The translations under genes were made by a program, and so were the position numbers. This document shows, piece after piece, positions 9,890 to 18,536 of a stretch of 53,991 bases of DNA; positions within the stretch are counted from its first letter, which is position 1; every line of letters begins with the position of its first letter. This DNA comes from a virus (lineage: Duplodnaviria; Caudoviricetes), in the IMG/VR virus record IMGVR_UViG_3300045999_000337, positions 1 through 53,991 of that record. One strand, 5' to 3'. The notes beneath the pieces were generated by a model. It worked only from the letters and a program-made list of their open reading frames with translations. It was not told the DNA's origin and searched no databases.

Positions 9890-10860
9890 GTACCGAAAAT
9901 CAAGCAGTAGAACAAGAAGTAATCGTCATTCAGGAAGAAAAAGACGGCTCTGCAACCATCGAGTTGCCAGATAGCATCCCCTCCCCTGAAGCGCAAGCCG
10001 AAGACGACTCCGATGAAGCTGATGAACGCGCCCGACAGCGCGAAATGGTCACTGGCGGTGCTGTAGACGCAGACGCGGAGGCTCTTCGTGAGCAAAAGCG
10101 TCAGAAACGACGCTCCCGCAAGGAGTATCACAAGCAGGTTGCGACCGAAAAAGACGTCAAATTGACCCTTTTGGAGCGTCAGAACCAACAATTGCTTGAA
10201 CGTCTCTCTGTTTTGGAGCGCAAGTCGCACGGAAGTGACCTTGCACGCCTTGACAAAGCAATTCAAGACCAAGACAACCGCATTTTGTTCGCAAAACAGA
10301 AGATTGCTGAGGCAACACGCACTGGCAACGGTGAATTGCTGACTTCTGCGCAAGAAATGTGGTTCGAGGCACGTCGTCAAGCTGAGGCTTTGGCAAATCT
10401 GAAGAAGCGTTCTGTTGCACCGCAAAATCCGCGCACGATTCAGGCTCCAGACCCACAACTCCAGCGCCATGCCAACAATTGGATGGCAAACAACCCTTGG
10501 TACGACCCTAACGGTAAAGACCCTGACTCACGCCGCGCCCTGAACGAAGACGCCATCCTTGCAGAAGAGGGTTACGACCCAAAAACTGCCGAGTATTGGG
10601 AAGAACTTGACAGACGCTTGCAAAGAGTAGTACCTCACCGTTATACTGAAGATGCAAACGAGAAGCCACGCTCTAGACCGCGAAGTGCAGTGACGAGTTC
10701 AGGCCGCGAATTTGCATCGAATAATGGCAGAGGTAATTCATTTACCTTGTCTCCTGACCAAGTCAGGGCTATGAAAGATGCAGGTATGTGGGATGACGCT
10801 GAGAAACGAGCGAAGATGATTCGACGCTACGCCTTAGAAGCACGCAACAATAACGGTTAA
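9886..10860 (+). CDS. Probable capsid scaffolding protein
   Basis: Acidic N-terminus, long coiled coil, W..NPWY motif, short C-terminal helix; lies between portal and capsid. Confidence 0.65.
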   Translation: MSTENQAVEQEVIVIQEEKDGSATIELPDSIPSPEAQAEDDSDEADERARQREMVTGGAVDADAEALREQKRQKRRSRKEYHKQVATEKDVKLTLLERQNQQLLERLSVLERKSHGSDLARLDKAIQDQDNRILFAKQKIAEATRTGNGELLTSAQEMWFEARRQAEALANLKKRSVAPQNPRTIQAPDPQLQRHANNWMANNPWYDPNGKDPDSRRALNEDAILAEEGYDPKTAEYWEELDRRLQRVVPHRYTEDANEKPRSRPRSAVTSSGREFASNNGRGNSFTLSPDQVRAMKDAGMWDDAEKRAKMIRRYALEARNNNG

Positions 10861-10871
10861 GGAGTAATAAA

Positions 10872-11411
10872 ATGGATTCTCGTTTAAAGAAAAATTTGAA
10901 TGCTGGAGACCGCGAAAATCGCGGCGTTCGCGACACGATTCGCGAGGCTCCAGAGGACAAAATGGCATCGTCTGATGAACGTACACAAATGTGGAAAGAC
11001 GAGTGGACACAAAGTGCATTGCCCGCTGTTCCTGATATGCAGGGATGGCACGTTTGCTGGTTATCGACAACTAACAGTTACGACAGCATAGATAAACGGA
11101 TTCGACTTGGGTACGTTCCCGTGAAAGCGGATGAGTTACCTCAAATGCGAAATAACCGTGTAAAAGCTGGAGAACATGAAGGTTATATCTCGTGCAATGA
11201 GATGTTGCTTTACAAGATTCCTATGGACTTGTACCAAAAAGTGATGGCTCATTTTCACCATGAAGCACCGCTTGAAGAGGCGAATAAAATCAAACTTCAA
11301 GCAGAGCAGAACTTGGCGCGTGATAGTCGGGGCAGAAGCCTCGGTCAGATTGAAGGCGATGGGCTTAATGACATTGACAAACCGATTCCTGCGCCGCATT
11401 TTGCGGGGTAG
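10872..11411 (+). CDS. Hypothetical head-module protein
   Basis: AAGGAG SD; position upstream of the capsid genes. Confidence 0.7.
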   Translation: MDSRLKKNLNAGDRENRGVRDTIREAPEDKMASSDERTQMWKDEWTQSALPAVPDMQGWHVCWLSTTNSYDSIDKRIRLGYVPVKADELPQMRNNRVKAGEHEGYISCNEMLLYKIPMDLYQKVMAHFHHEAPLEEANKIKLQAEQNLARDSRGRSLGQIEGDGLNDIDKPIPAPHFAG

Positions 11412-11440
11412 GGTGTTTAACTGAATAAAGGAGTAAGACT

Positions 11441-12013
11441 ATGTCTTCAACTAATGCTCCGTTTGGTATGCGTCCGTCTTTCCATCCCTCTGGTTTGGAC
11501 AGAGCGGTTGCTTTGCCTAACGGTATTGCTTCAGGCTACAACACTGGCATTTTGAAAGGCCAACCAGTAGCGCTGAACACAAGCGGTAACATCGTCGCGG
11601 CTACGGCAGGCTCTGCCTACCAAGGCGCTTTTGCTGGTCACGAGTACACCGACCTCACAGGTCGTCGTCTCGTCAGCAACCAATGGATTGCAAACACTGC
11701 ATACCAAACTGGTTCTGAAGTGACCTACTACTACTCTGACCCGAACATCGTTTACGACATTCAGGCAGACGGTAGCATTGCTTCAACTGCCGTTGGCGAC
11801 CAAGCCAACTTTACAAACATTGCGGCTGGTTCTACCACCACAGGTTTGTCTCAATGCACCATCTCTTCGAGTTTGGTGGGTGCAGGTAACGTCGGTGATA
11901 TGCGTATCATCGGTTTGACTCCTGCTGTCGACAACGCATTTGGTGACGCATTCACTGTGGTACAGGTTCAAGTGAGCCGTAGCCAGTATGTTGCCACCGT
12001 TAACGCCATCTAA
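11441..12013 (+). CDS. Probable capsid decoration/minor capsid protein
   Basis: NAPFGMRP..DPNIVYDIQAD, Gly/Ala/Thr-rich, directly before the major capsid gene, AAGGAG SD. Confidence 0.6.
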   Translation: MSSTNAPFGMRPSFHPSGLDRAVALPNGIASGYNTGILKGQPVALNTSGNIVAATAGSAYQGAFAGHEYTDLTGRRLVSNQWIANTAYQTGSEVTYYYSDPNIVYDIQADGSIASTAVGDQANFTNIAAGSTTTGLSQCTISSSLVGAGNVGDMRIIGLTPAVDNAFGDAFTVVQVQVSRSQYVATVNAI

Positions 12014-12023
12014 GGAGTAAATT

Positions 12024-12938
12024 ATGGCCGCACCAATGCGCAGTACGGACTTTAGAAGTATTGTTGAACCAATCCTCAACGAATGCTTCGATGGAGTCTA
12101 TGACCAACGTACCGATGAATGGTCACGAGTTTTCCGTGAGCAAGAAGGTATTCCACGCAACTACCACGAAGAACCAGTCCTTTATGGATTTGGAGCCGCG
12201 CCTCAACTGCCTGACGGAACTCCTGTTTCGTATCAGCAGGGTGGTGTTCTCTTCTTGCAACGCTATGTGTACAACGTGTTTGGCTTGGCCTTCGCGTTGA
12301 CCAAAGTGTTGGTTGAAGACGGTGACCACATCCGCATCGGTCAGGTGTATGCACGTCACTTGGCTCAGTCTTTGATTGAGACCAAAGAGACTTTGTCTGC
12401 CAACGTGCTGAATCGTGCTTTCAACAGCGCGTTCCCCGGCGGTGACGGCGTTCAATTGAACTCCGCCTCTCACCCCATCGTGAACGGTACTTTCAGCAAC
12501 TTGCTGACCACCGCCGCTAACCTGAGCCAAACATCGCTTGAGCAGATGTTGATTCAGATTCGCCAAGCTGTGGACAACAACGGTAAGAAGATTCGTTTGG
12601 TTCCCCGCCAATTGGTGGTGGCCCCCGGCAACATCTTCCAAGCCGAAGTTCTGTTGAAATCTGTTCTGCGTGCAGGTACAGGCAACAACGACGTCAACCC
12701 AATCAAGTCTATTGGCTTGCTTGACGAAGGCGCGGCTGTTCTGTCTCGTTTGACTTCTCCTACCGCTTGGTGGGTGCAGACAGATGCTCCAGAAGGCATG
12801 AAGTTGTTGATGCGTCGTAAGCTGGAAAAGACTATGGAAGGCGATTTTGAAACCGACTCCATGCGCTACAAGGCTACCGAGCGTTACCAAGTGGGCTTCA
12901 CTGACCCACGCGCCCTTTACGGCACGCCCGGCGTCTAA
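12024..12938 (+). CDS. Major capsid protein (HK97 fold, Mu gpT-like family)
   Basis: ANVLNRAF..GGDG..L.SASHP, PRQLVV.P, GDFETDSMRYKATERY..GFTDPR..YG.PG; strong SD; terminator follows. Confidence 0.9.
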   Translation: MAAPMRSTDFRSIVEPILNECFDGVYDQRTDEWSRVFREQEGIPRNYHEEPVLYGFGAAPQLPDGTPVSYQQGGVLFLQRYVYNVFGLAFALTKVLVEDGDHIRIGQVYARHLAQSLIETKETLSANVLNRAFNSAFPGGDGVQLNSASHPIVNGTFSNLLTTAANLSQTSLEQMLIQIRQAVDNNGKKIRLVPRQLVVAPGNIFQAEVLLKSVLRAGTGNNDVNPIKSIGLLDEGAAVLSRLTSPTAWWVQTDAPEGMKLLMRRKLEKTMEGDFETDSMRYKATERYQVGFTDPRALYGTPGV

Positions 12939-12948
12939 ACCGCGCCAC

Positions 12949-12981
12949 AGGGGGTTGGGATAACACCCAGCCCCTTTTTTT
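12949..12981 (+). terminator. Rho-independent terminator after the major capsid gene
   Basis: AGGGGGTTGGG-ATAACA-CCCAGCCCCT stem followed by a T run. Confidence 0.8.
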
Positions 12982-13020
12982 GTTAACTGTATTTGTCAAA
13001 CTTTTCAAGGAGCAGACAAA

Positions 13021-14268
13021 ATGCCTCAATATTCAGACGACCTATTCTTAGGCCCAGCAGAAACGTACATGGGTACGGGTTTGCGCAATAACTCCACCAC
13101 CGCAACTGGCGGCACTGGTGGCTCCTCCTCTTCTACACTAACAGTGACTGCTGTGGGCTTTGGCGCACCAATTGCTGTTGGTATGTACGTTGACGGCACT
13201 AGTGTGACCGACGGCACTTACATCACTGCTTTTGGCACTGGTACTGGTGGCGCTGGCACTTATACCCTCAACCAAGCAATCAACATTGCAAACGGCACTG
13301 CGTTGACTTTGCATGACTTAGAGGCTTTTGAAAATCCATCTCCAATGAGCATTGGTGTTGGCCCCTTGGGTCGCATCTACGTTTGGGATGTGGTTCCCCA
13401 AGCCGCTGTTGCAAACAACATCGCCGCTTCACAAACTCCTGCCGCCGCTGGTGCATTGACGCTGACTGCTGGAACCAACGTGAAGTCAATCACCACAGCC
13501 GCTGGTACTTCTGCATTTGCGCTTGATATGCCTCGTGGTGTTCGCGTGACGACTGCTACTGCGGCTGTTGCTACCTTGTCTACCGTTGTGATTGCTGGCA
13601 CTGGTGGTCAAATCACTTTTGCTTCGCAAGCAGGTTTGGTAACTGGTCAGCGTTTGACTATCTCTGGCACTTTGGGTGGCACAGGTACTATTACTGGCTA
13701 CACAGACCCAACAACCTACATCCTGACCGCTGTGACAGCGACTTCCGCAACCCTGACTACTACGGCAGGCGCGGCAGTTGTGACCACCGCAGGCACACCA
13801 ACAGGTTTGACCTACACCTTGGGTGTGGCTCCTGTGACTGTTACCGTGTCTGGTTTTGATGTCTACGGTCAAGCAATGAGCGAAGCAATCACTTCTAGCG
13901 CCGCTGTAAGCACTGCTGTGAGTGGTTTGAAAGCCTTCTACCTCATCACCTCTGTGAGCGTGAGTGGCGCTACTGGTACTGCTCTGACTGTTGGCACAAC
14001 CAACGTGTTGGGTATTCCAGTTCGCGTTCCTAACGTGGCTTATGTGGTTGGCGTGAAGAGCAACAACACATTGGCTCAAGATGCTGGCACTTTTGTGGCG
14101 GCTGACACCAACACTGCTACGACCACCACTGGTGACGTTCGCGGTACATACACCCCTGCTACTGCGTCGAACGGTATCGTTCGTACCGTGATGGGAATTT
14201 TGTTGCCTGCAATCGCTGTTGGCCCTAACGCTACTCGCGTTGGCGCTCTCGGCGTAACACAAGCCTAA
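13021..14268 (+). CDS. Virion structural protein (head fibre/decoration-like)
   Basis: Thr/Gly/Ala-rich beta-type composition, AAGGAG SD, follows the capsid gene. Confidence 0.6.
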   Translation: MPQYSDDLFLGPAETYMGTGLRNNSTTATGGTGGSSSSTLTVTAVGFGAPIAVGMYVDGTSVTDGTYITAFGTGTGGAGTYTLNQAINIANGTALTLHDLEAFENPSPMSIGVGPLGRIYVWDVVPQAAVANNIAASQTPAAAGALTLTAGTNVKSITTAAGTSAFALDMPRGVRVTTATAAVATLSTVVIAGTGGQITFASQAGLVTGQRLTISGTLGGTGTITGYTDPTTYILTAVTATSATLTTTAGAAVVTTAGTPTGLTYTLGVAPVTVTVSGFDVYGQAMSEAITSSAAVSTAVSGLKAFYLITSVSVSGATGTALTVGTTNVLGIPVRVPNVAYVVGVKSNNTLAQDAGTFVAADTNTATTTTGDVRGTYTPATASNGIVRTVMGILLPAIAVGPNATRVGALGVTQA

Positions 14269-14279
14269 AGGAGAGCAAC

Positions 14280-15452
14280 ATGGGACAATTCAAACCAATG
14301 GTCAAAATGATGACCACTGAGCCTACAGTTGAGTTAAAACTCAAAAAAGGCGGTCACGTCAACATGAAAAAAGGTGGCAAGGCTGAAGCTGGTCACAAGA
14401 AGATGGCGATGGGTGGTGGTGCTATGGACATGATGTCTGGCACTCCAGCCCTCGTTGGTCGTCCTGCTGTTAACGCTCCTGTTCGCGCCCCCATGAAGCC
14501 TTCTATGTCCTCACGTCGCAAGGCGATGATGGCTAAGAAACCTGCCGCTCCTATGGCTCCCCCAATGAAAGAAGGTGGCGAGTCCAAAAAGACGCACATG
14601 GCTGAGATGTCGAAGATGAAGGGTCTTGAGAAAGAACTGAAGTCTCACGAGTCCAAGCCTGCCAGCAAGGGTCACAAAGGTCTGAAGACTGGCGGTGTTG
14701 CTTTGGGCAACGCTGGTGGCTACAAGAAGGGCGGCGACGTCAAGATGGCTAAAGGTGGCGTGGCTGGTAACGGCATCATCAACACCGAAAAGCAAGGCGG
14801 CAAATACCGCGATACCCTGATGCACACCGCTGAGTACACTGGCAAGTCCAGTGGCAAAACTGGTGATGTGAAGATGGGTAACGGCGGCGGCTACAAGACT
14901 GGTGGCGTTGCCCTTGGCAATGCTGGCGGCTTCAAAGCTGGAGGCAAAACCTCAAAAAAAGCCTACGCGGCGGGGGGTACTGTTAACTCAGGTCGTCCCG
15001 TCGCGATGCCCCAAGGCGCTAAAAAGCCTTCGGCTCCTGTAAGCATCAATCAATTGTCTGGAACCTTCAAAAAGGGTGGCAAAGTCACTCCCGCTGAGGG
15101 TCGCTTGCAAAAGAACTTTGCGGCTGAGAACAAGACTGCTATGAAGCAGGCCAAGGCTCAATCCAACGAGATTTACAGCAAGTACGGCAACATGAAGATG
15201 AAGGGCGGTGGCGCTACTTCTGACAAAGAGATGGATATGTCCAAAGGTGCGTATGACGCTCACTATGCCAACGAAAAGGCAGAGAACGAGGCAATGCGCA
15301 ACATGGTTTTGGGCGTTCCTAAAAAACTCATGGAAGGCGTCAAGGGGCTGTTTGGCTCCAAGGCTCCTCAAGGTCAGGGCGCTGTGACAAAGACTGAGAA
15401 GTCAATCACAGTATCGCCAGCAGGAAAGAAACGCGGCGGACGCGCTTGTTGA
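14280..15452 (+). CDS. Lys/Gly/Met-rich low-complexity protein with about 13 x-x-x-GG motifs; putative internal core protein
   Basis: LKKGG, MKKGG, MAMGG, MKEGG, LKTGG, YKKGG, MAKGG, YKTGG, FKAGG, YAAGG, FKKGG, MKGGG, KKRGG. Confidence 0.7.
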   Translation: MGQFKPMVKMMTTEPTVELKLKKGGHVNMKKGGKAEAGHKKMAMGGGAMDMMSGTPALVGRPAVNAPVRAPMKPSMSSRRKAMMAKKPAAPMAPPMKEGGESKKTHMAEMSKMKGLEKELKSHESKPASKGHKGLKTGGVALGNAGGYKKGGDVKMAKGGVAGNGIINTEKQGGKYRDTLMHTAEYTGKSSGKTGDVKMGNGGGYKTGGVALGNAGGFKAGGKTSKKAYAAGGTVNSGRPVAMPQGAKKPSAPVSINQLSGTFKKGGKVTPAEGRLQKNFAAENKTAMKQAKAQSNEIYSKYGNMKMKGGGATSDKEMDMSKGAYDAHYANEKAENEAMRNMVLGVPKKLMEGVKGLFGSKAPQGQGAVTKTEKSITVSPAGKKRGGRAC

Positions 15453-15457
15453 AAACG

Positions 15458-15482
15458 AGTGGGGGCTTCGGCCCCTGCTTTT
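15458..15482 (+). terminator. Probable terminator (UUCG hairpin plus short T tract)
   Basis: AGTGGGGGC-TTCG-GCCCCTGCT-TTT. Confidence 0.55.
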
Positions 15483-15496
15483 CTTGAGGACAAAAT

Positions 15497-16276
15497 ATGG
15501 CTACAACAATTTCATCTATCACACGCCAAGGCACTTTTGAGCCATTTGGCTTGCAGGTATCTCGCGGTCAAATTCAAGGCCACAGCACCGTCATTGTGTT
15601 TGGTTACAACCCTGATGTGGACACATCTGAAGAAACAATTTGGCCTGATGGCGGTCTTATTCCGCACCCAACCGTTGCGTCTGTTTTAAAAATCAGTTCA
15701 TCTAGCGCCTCCGACACATCTGATGGCACTGGCGCACGAACCGTATTTATTGAAGGTGTTGACGGCAATTTTAATGTGGTGAGCGAGACCGTAATATTGA
15801 ACGGTCAAACAGCAGTCAACACAACAAATTCGTACCTGTATGTGAACAGTTTCTATGTCGTTACGGTTGGCTCTGGTGGAGCAAACGCAGGCAACATCAA
15901 TGCTGGTACTGGCACGGTGACATCGGGCGTCCCAGCGGTTCTATACGACATCATTGCAATTGGCTACAACCAGAGAACCACTGGTCATTACTGCGTTCCA
16001 GCAGGCTTCACAGGTTACATGACAGAGGGTTCAATTTCTGCTGGACAAGCCACTGGCTCGACTGCTGTTACCGCCTTTTTGAAGCAACATGGCACAGACA
16101 ACATTTTGCGAGTTGGGGCTGTAAGTACGGTAAATAACAGCGACGCTGTGTTCTCGTTTGAACAGCCTTACATAATTCCAGAAAAGAATTGTGTGGGTGC
16201 AAGTGCAATTGGAGCCGCCGCAAACAACGCAGTGAGTTCGTACTTCAACATCATCTTAATCAAAGACGGCCCTTAA
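15497..16276 (+). CDS. Putative virion structural protein
   Basis: GAGGA SD; beta-rich Gly/Thr composition; late operon. Confidence 0.6.
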   Translation: MATTISSITRQGTFEPFGLQVSRGQIQGHSTVIVFGYNPDVDTSEETIWPDGGLIPHPTVASVLKISSSSASDTSDGTGARTVFIEGVDGNFNVVSETVILNGQTAVNTTNSYLYVNSFYVVTVGSGGANAGNINAGTGTVTSGVPAVLYDIIAIGYNQRTTGHYCVPAGFTGYMTEGSISAGQATGSTAVTAFLKQHGTDNILRVGAVSTVNNSDAVFSFEQPYIIPEKNCVGASAIGAAANNAVSSYFNIILIKDGP

Positions 16277-16277
16277 T

Positions 16278-16586
16278 ATGCCAAGCAAATCACCAGCCCA
16301 ACACAAATTGATGGCGGCGGTTGCGCACAACCCTGACTTTGCCAAGAAGACTGGCATTCCTCAAAAGGTCGGCAAAGAGTTTGTACAGGCAGACAAAAAG
16401 AAAATGGCTGATGGTGGCAAGGTAAACGAGGCTGGTAACTACACCAAACCTGAACTTAGGAAGCGTATTGTTTCTCAGGTTAAGTCTCAGGCTACGCATG
16501 GTACTGGGGCAGGCCAATGGTCGGCTCGAAAGGCTCAATTGGTTGCCAAGAAGTACAAAGACGCAGGTGGTGGTTATCGTGATTAA
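16278..16586 (+). CDS. Small basic protein (MPSKSPAQ.. module, MADGG, then a DUF5872-like segment)
   Basis: GNYTKPELRKRI..GQWSARKAQLVAKKYKDAGGGY; family name recalled, not verified. Confidence 0.6.
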   Translation: MPSKSPAQHKLMAAVAHNPDFAKKTGIPQKVGKEFVQADKKKMADGGKVNEAGNYTKPELRKRIVSQVKSQATHGTGAGQWSARKAQLVAKKYKDAGGGYRD

Positions 16587-16818
16587 AAAGCCCCAACAAT
16601 CCCTCAAAGATTGGGGCGACCAAAAATGGAGAACCAAAAGTGGTAAAAAATCTTCTGAAACTGGTGAGCGATACCTTCCAGAGTCTGCAATTAAAAGTCT
16701 CAGCCCTGCTGAGTATGCTTCGACGACCAAAGCAAAAAGAGCAGGCAAAGCCGCAGGAAAACAATTCGTAGCGCAACCCAAAAAGATTGCGCAAAAAACA
16801 GCTAGACACAGGTTTTAA
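16579..16818 (+). CDS. Small basic protein
   Basis: GTG start at 16579 overlapping the previous gene; KKPQQSLKDWGDQKWRTKSG..ERYLP. Confidence 0.6.
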   Translation: MIKKPQQSLKDWGDQKWRTKSGKKSSETGERYLPESAIKSLSPAEYASTTKAKRAGKAAGKQFVAQPKKIAQKTARHRF

Positions 16819-16820
16819 TC

Positions 16821-17075
16821 ATGGCAAAAAAAAATCCATCTTTGGCTGTAGGGCGAGGTGAAAAACTTTCGACAAAACAAGGCGCAGGTCTTACTCAAAA
16901 AGGTCGCGACAAGTACAATCGAGAGACTGGAAGCAATTTAAAGGCTCCACAACCTAAAGGCGGCGCTCGAAAAGACTCTTTTTGCGCACGCATGAGTGGT
17001 GTTGTGGAACATTCAAAAGGGGACGCACCACGCGCCAAGGCATCGCTAAAGCGGTGGAACTGCCCCGGCTGGTAA
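16821..17075 (+). CDS. Small basic protein (DUF6321-like)
   Basis: GAGLTQKGR.KYNRETGSNLKAP..RKDSFCARM..SLKRWNC; family name recalled, not verified. Confidence 0.6.
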   Translation: MAKKNPSLAVGRGEKLSTKQGAGLTQKGRDKYNRETGSNLKAPQPKGGARKDSFCARMSGVVEHSKGDAPRAKASLKRWNCPGW

Positions 17076-17087
17076 GGACAGGAAAAA

Positions 17088-18158
17088 ATGGCGTATTCTG
17101 ATACCTACGGACAGACCTACAACGTACAGACGTTGATTGACCACGGCGCTCGTCGTTGTGGCAAGCTGGCTGAAGAACTGACTTCTGAGCAAGTCTTGTC
17201 CGCACGTCAGTCGCTTGGCTTTCTGTTGTCCAACCTTATCAACCGTGGCATCCAATACTGGTGCATCAGCAAAGAAGTTATTGGACTTACCCCTGACAAA
17301 TACCGCTACACCCTGCCTGACGGGGCTGTAGACACGCTGAACGTGCTGTATCGCACCATGACGCGCCCTGACGGTGCTTACACCTCATCCGCTGGCGGCG
17401 TGGTTGCAAACCTCTACGACGGCAACATTGACACCTACACCCAGCAAAACGCGGCGAACGGGAACTTCACGGTCAATTACGGCACGACAAACCCCATCTA
17501 TGCAGGCTCTATTGGCTTTTTGCCATACATTGCAGGAGGTGGGTCGGCAACATGGAATATTTCGCTCCAATACTCTTCTGACGGGGTGACTTACTCCACT
17601 TTGGAAGACCTTGGGGCCATCTCCGTAACAGACAACACATGGGTGTGGACGGACATTGACCCCGGTCAAAACGTCGCTTTTTACCGCATTCAAGCCTCCA
17701 GCGGGACTACTTTAGCCCTGCGTGAGTGGTATATCGGTGATAACAGCACCGAAGTGATGATGTCTCGCCTGAACCGCGACGACTACACCAATCTGCCAAA
17801 CAAGAACTTCACGGCGAATCAGCCTTACCAGTTTTGGTTTGACCGCACCATCCCAAACCCAACAATTTACCTCTGGCCCACCCCAAGCAATGCTTTTGTG
17901 CAGATGACGGTGTGGTACTCCACGCAAATCATGGACGTTGGCGCGTTGACTGACGAATTGCAGATTCCACAGCGCTGGTACGAGGCTGTAATTTTCATGC
18001 TGGCTCACCGCATGAGCCTCGAACTGCCCCAAGTCCCGATGGACAGGGTTGGCTATCTGGAAAAGATGGCAGACAAGTATTTGTACGAAGCCGAGCAGGA
18101 AGAGCGCGACAAGTCGCCGATTTACTTCGCCCCTAACATCTCCGTATACACAAGGTAA
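17088..18158 (+). CDS. Head-tail adaptor/tail tubular-like protein with an inserted beta-sandwich domain
   Basis: N-terminal ARQSL.FLLSNLINRG and C-terminal YLWPTP..IPQRWYEAV...LA; central LYDGNIDT..LQYSSDG..FYRI discoidin-like insert. Confidence 0.55.
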   Translation: MAYSDTYGQTYNVQTLIDHGARRCGKLAEELTSEQVLSARQSLGFLLSNLINRGIQYWCISKEVIGLTPDKYRYTLPDGAVDTLNVLYRTMTRPDGAYTSSAGGVVANLYDGNIDTYTQQNAANGNFTVNYGTTNPIYAGSIGFLPYIAGGGSATWNISLQYSSDGVTYSTLEDLGAISVTDNTWVWTDIDPGQNVAFYRIQASSGTTLALREWYIGDNSTEVMMSRLNRDDYTNLPNKNFTANQPYQFWFDRTIPNPTIYLWPTPSNAFVQMTVWYSTQIMDVGALTDELQIPQRWYEAVIFMLAHRMSLELPQVPMDRVGYLEKMADKYLYEAEQEERDKSPIYFAPNISVYTR

Positions 18159-18161
18159 CCG

Positions 18162-18536
18162 ATGCCAATTTTCTTGGACACAACGGGACTGACTTCACTT
18201 GCCATCGCGGTATGCGATAGGTGCAAGATGAAAAAGCCGTATGTGAACTTGAGACCTGATGGCAACTCCCCCGGTCTGCGCGTCTGTGGCGACGGGTGCT
18301 GGGACACGCTTGACCCTTACCGTTTGGCGGCACGGAAAACCGAAAGGATTAACCTTCGGTTTGCACGCCCTGATGTGAGTGTTGCGGCTAACGACAACTT
18401 CCTGATGACTGGAAGCGTGAACTTGGCAGGTACAAGCCAGTTCATGATTTCGACCGAACAAAATACTCAAACTCCGACCAACACAGGGAACAAGGACACG
18501 ATTGCACCGAACCCTCCAGACAATACGAGTACATAA
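18162..18536 (+). CDS. Hypothetical structural-module protein with Cys pairs
   Basis: AVCDRC..GLRVC..GCWD..DP motif. Confidence 0.6.
   Translation: MPIFLDTTGLTSLAIAVCDRCKMKKPYVNLRPDGNSPGLRVCGDGCWDTLDPYRLAARKTERINLRFARPDVSVAANDNFLMTGSVNLAGTSQFMISTEQNTQTPTNTGNKDTIAPNPPDNTST

Noticed and set aside
9595-14262. Long minus-strand ORFs (9595..10470, 12123..12890, 13486..14262)
   Set aside because: Fully antisense to well-supported head genes; expected from codon bias
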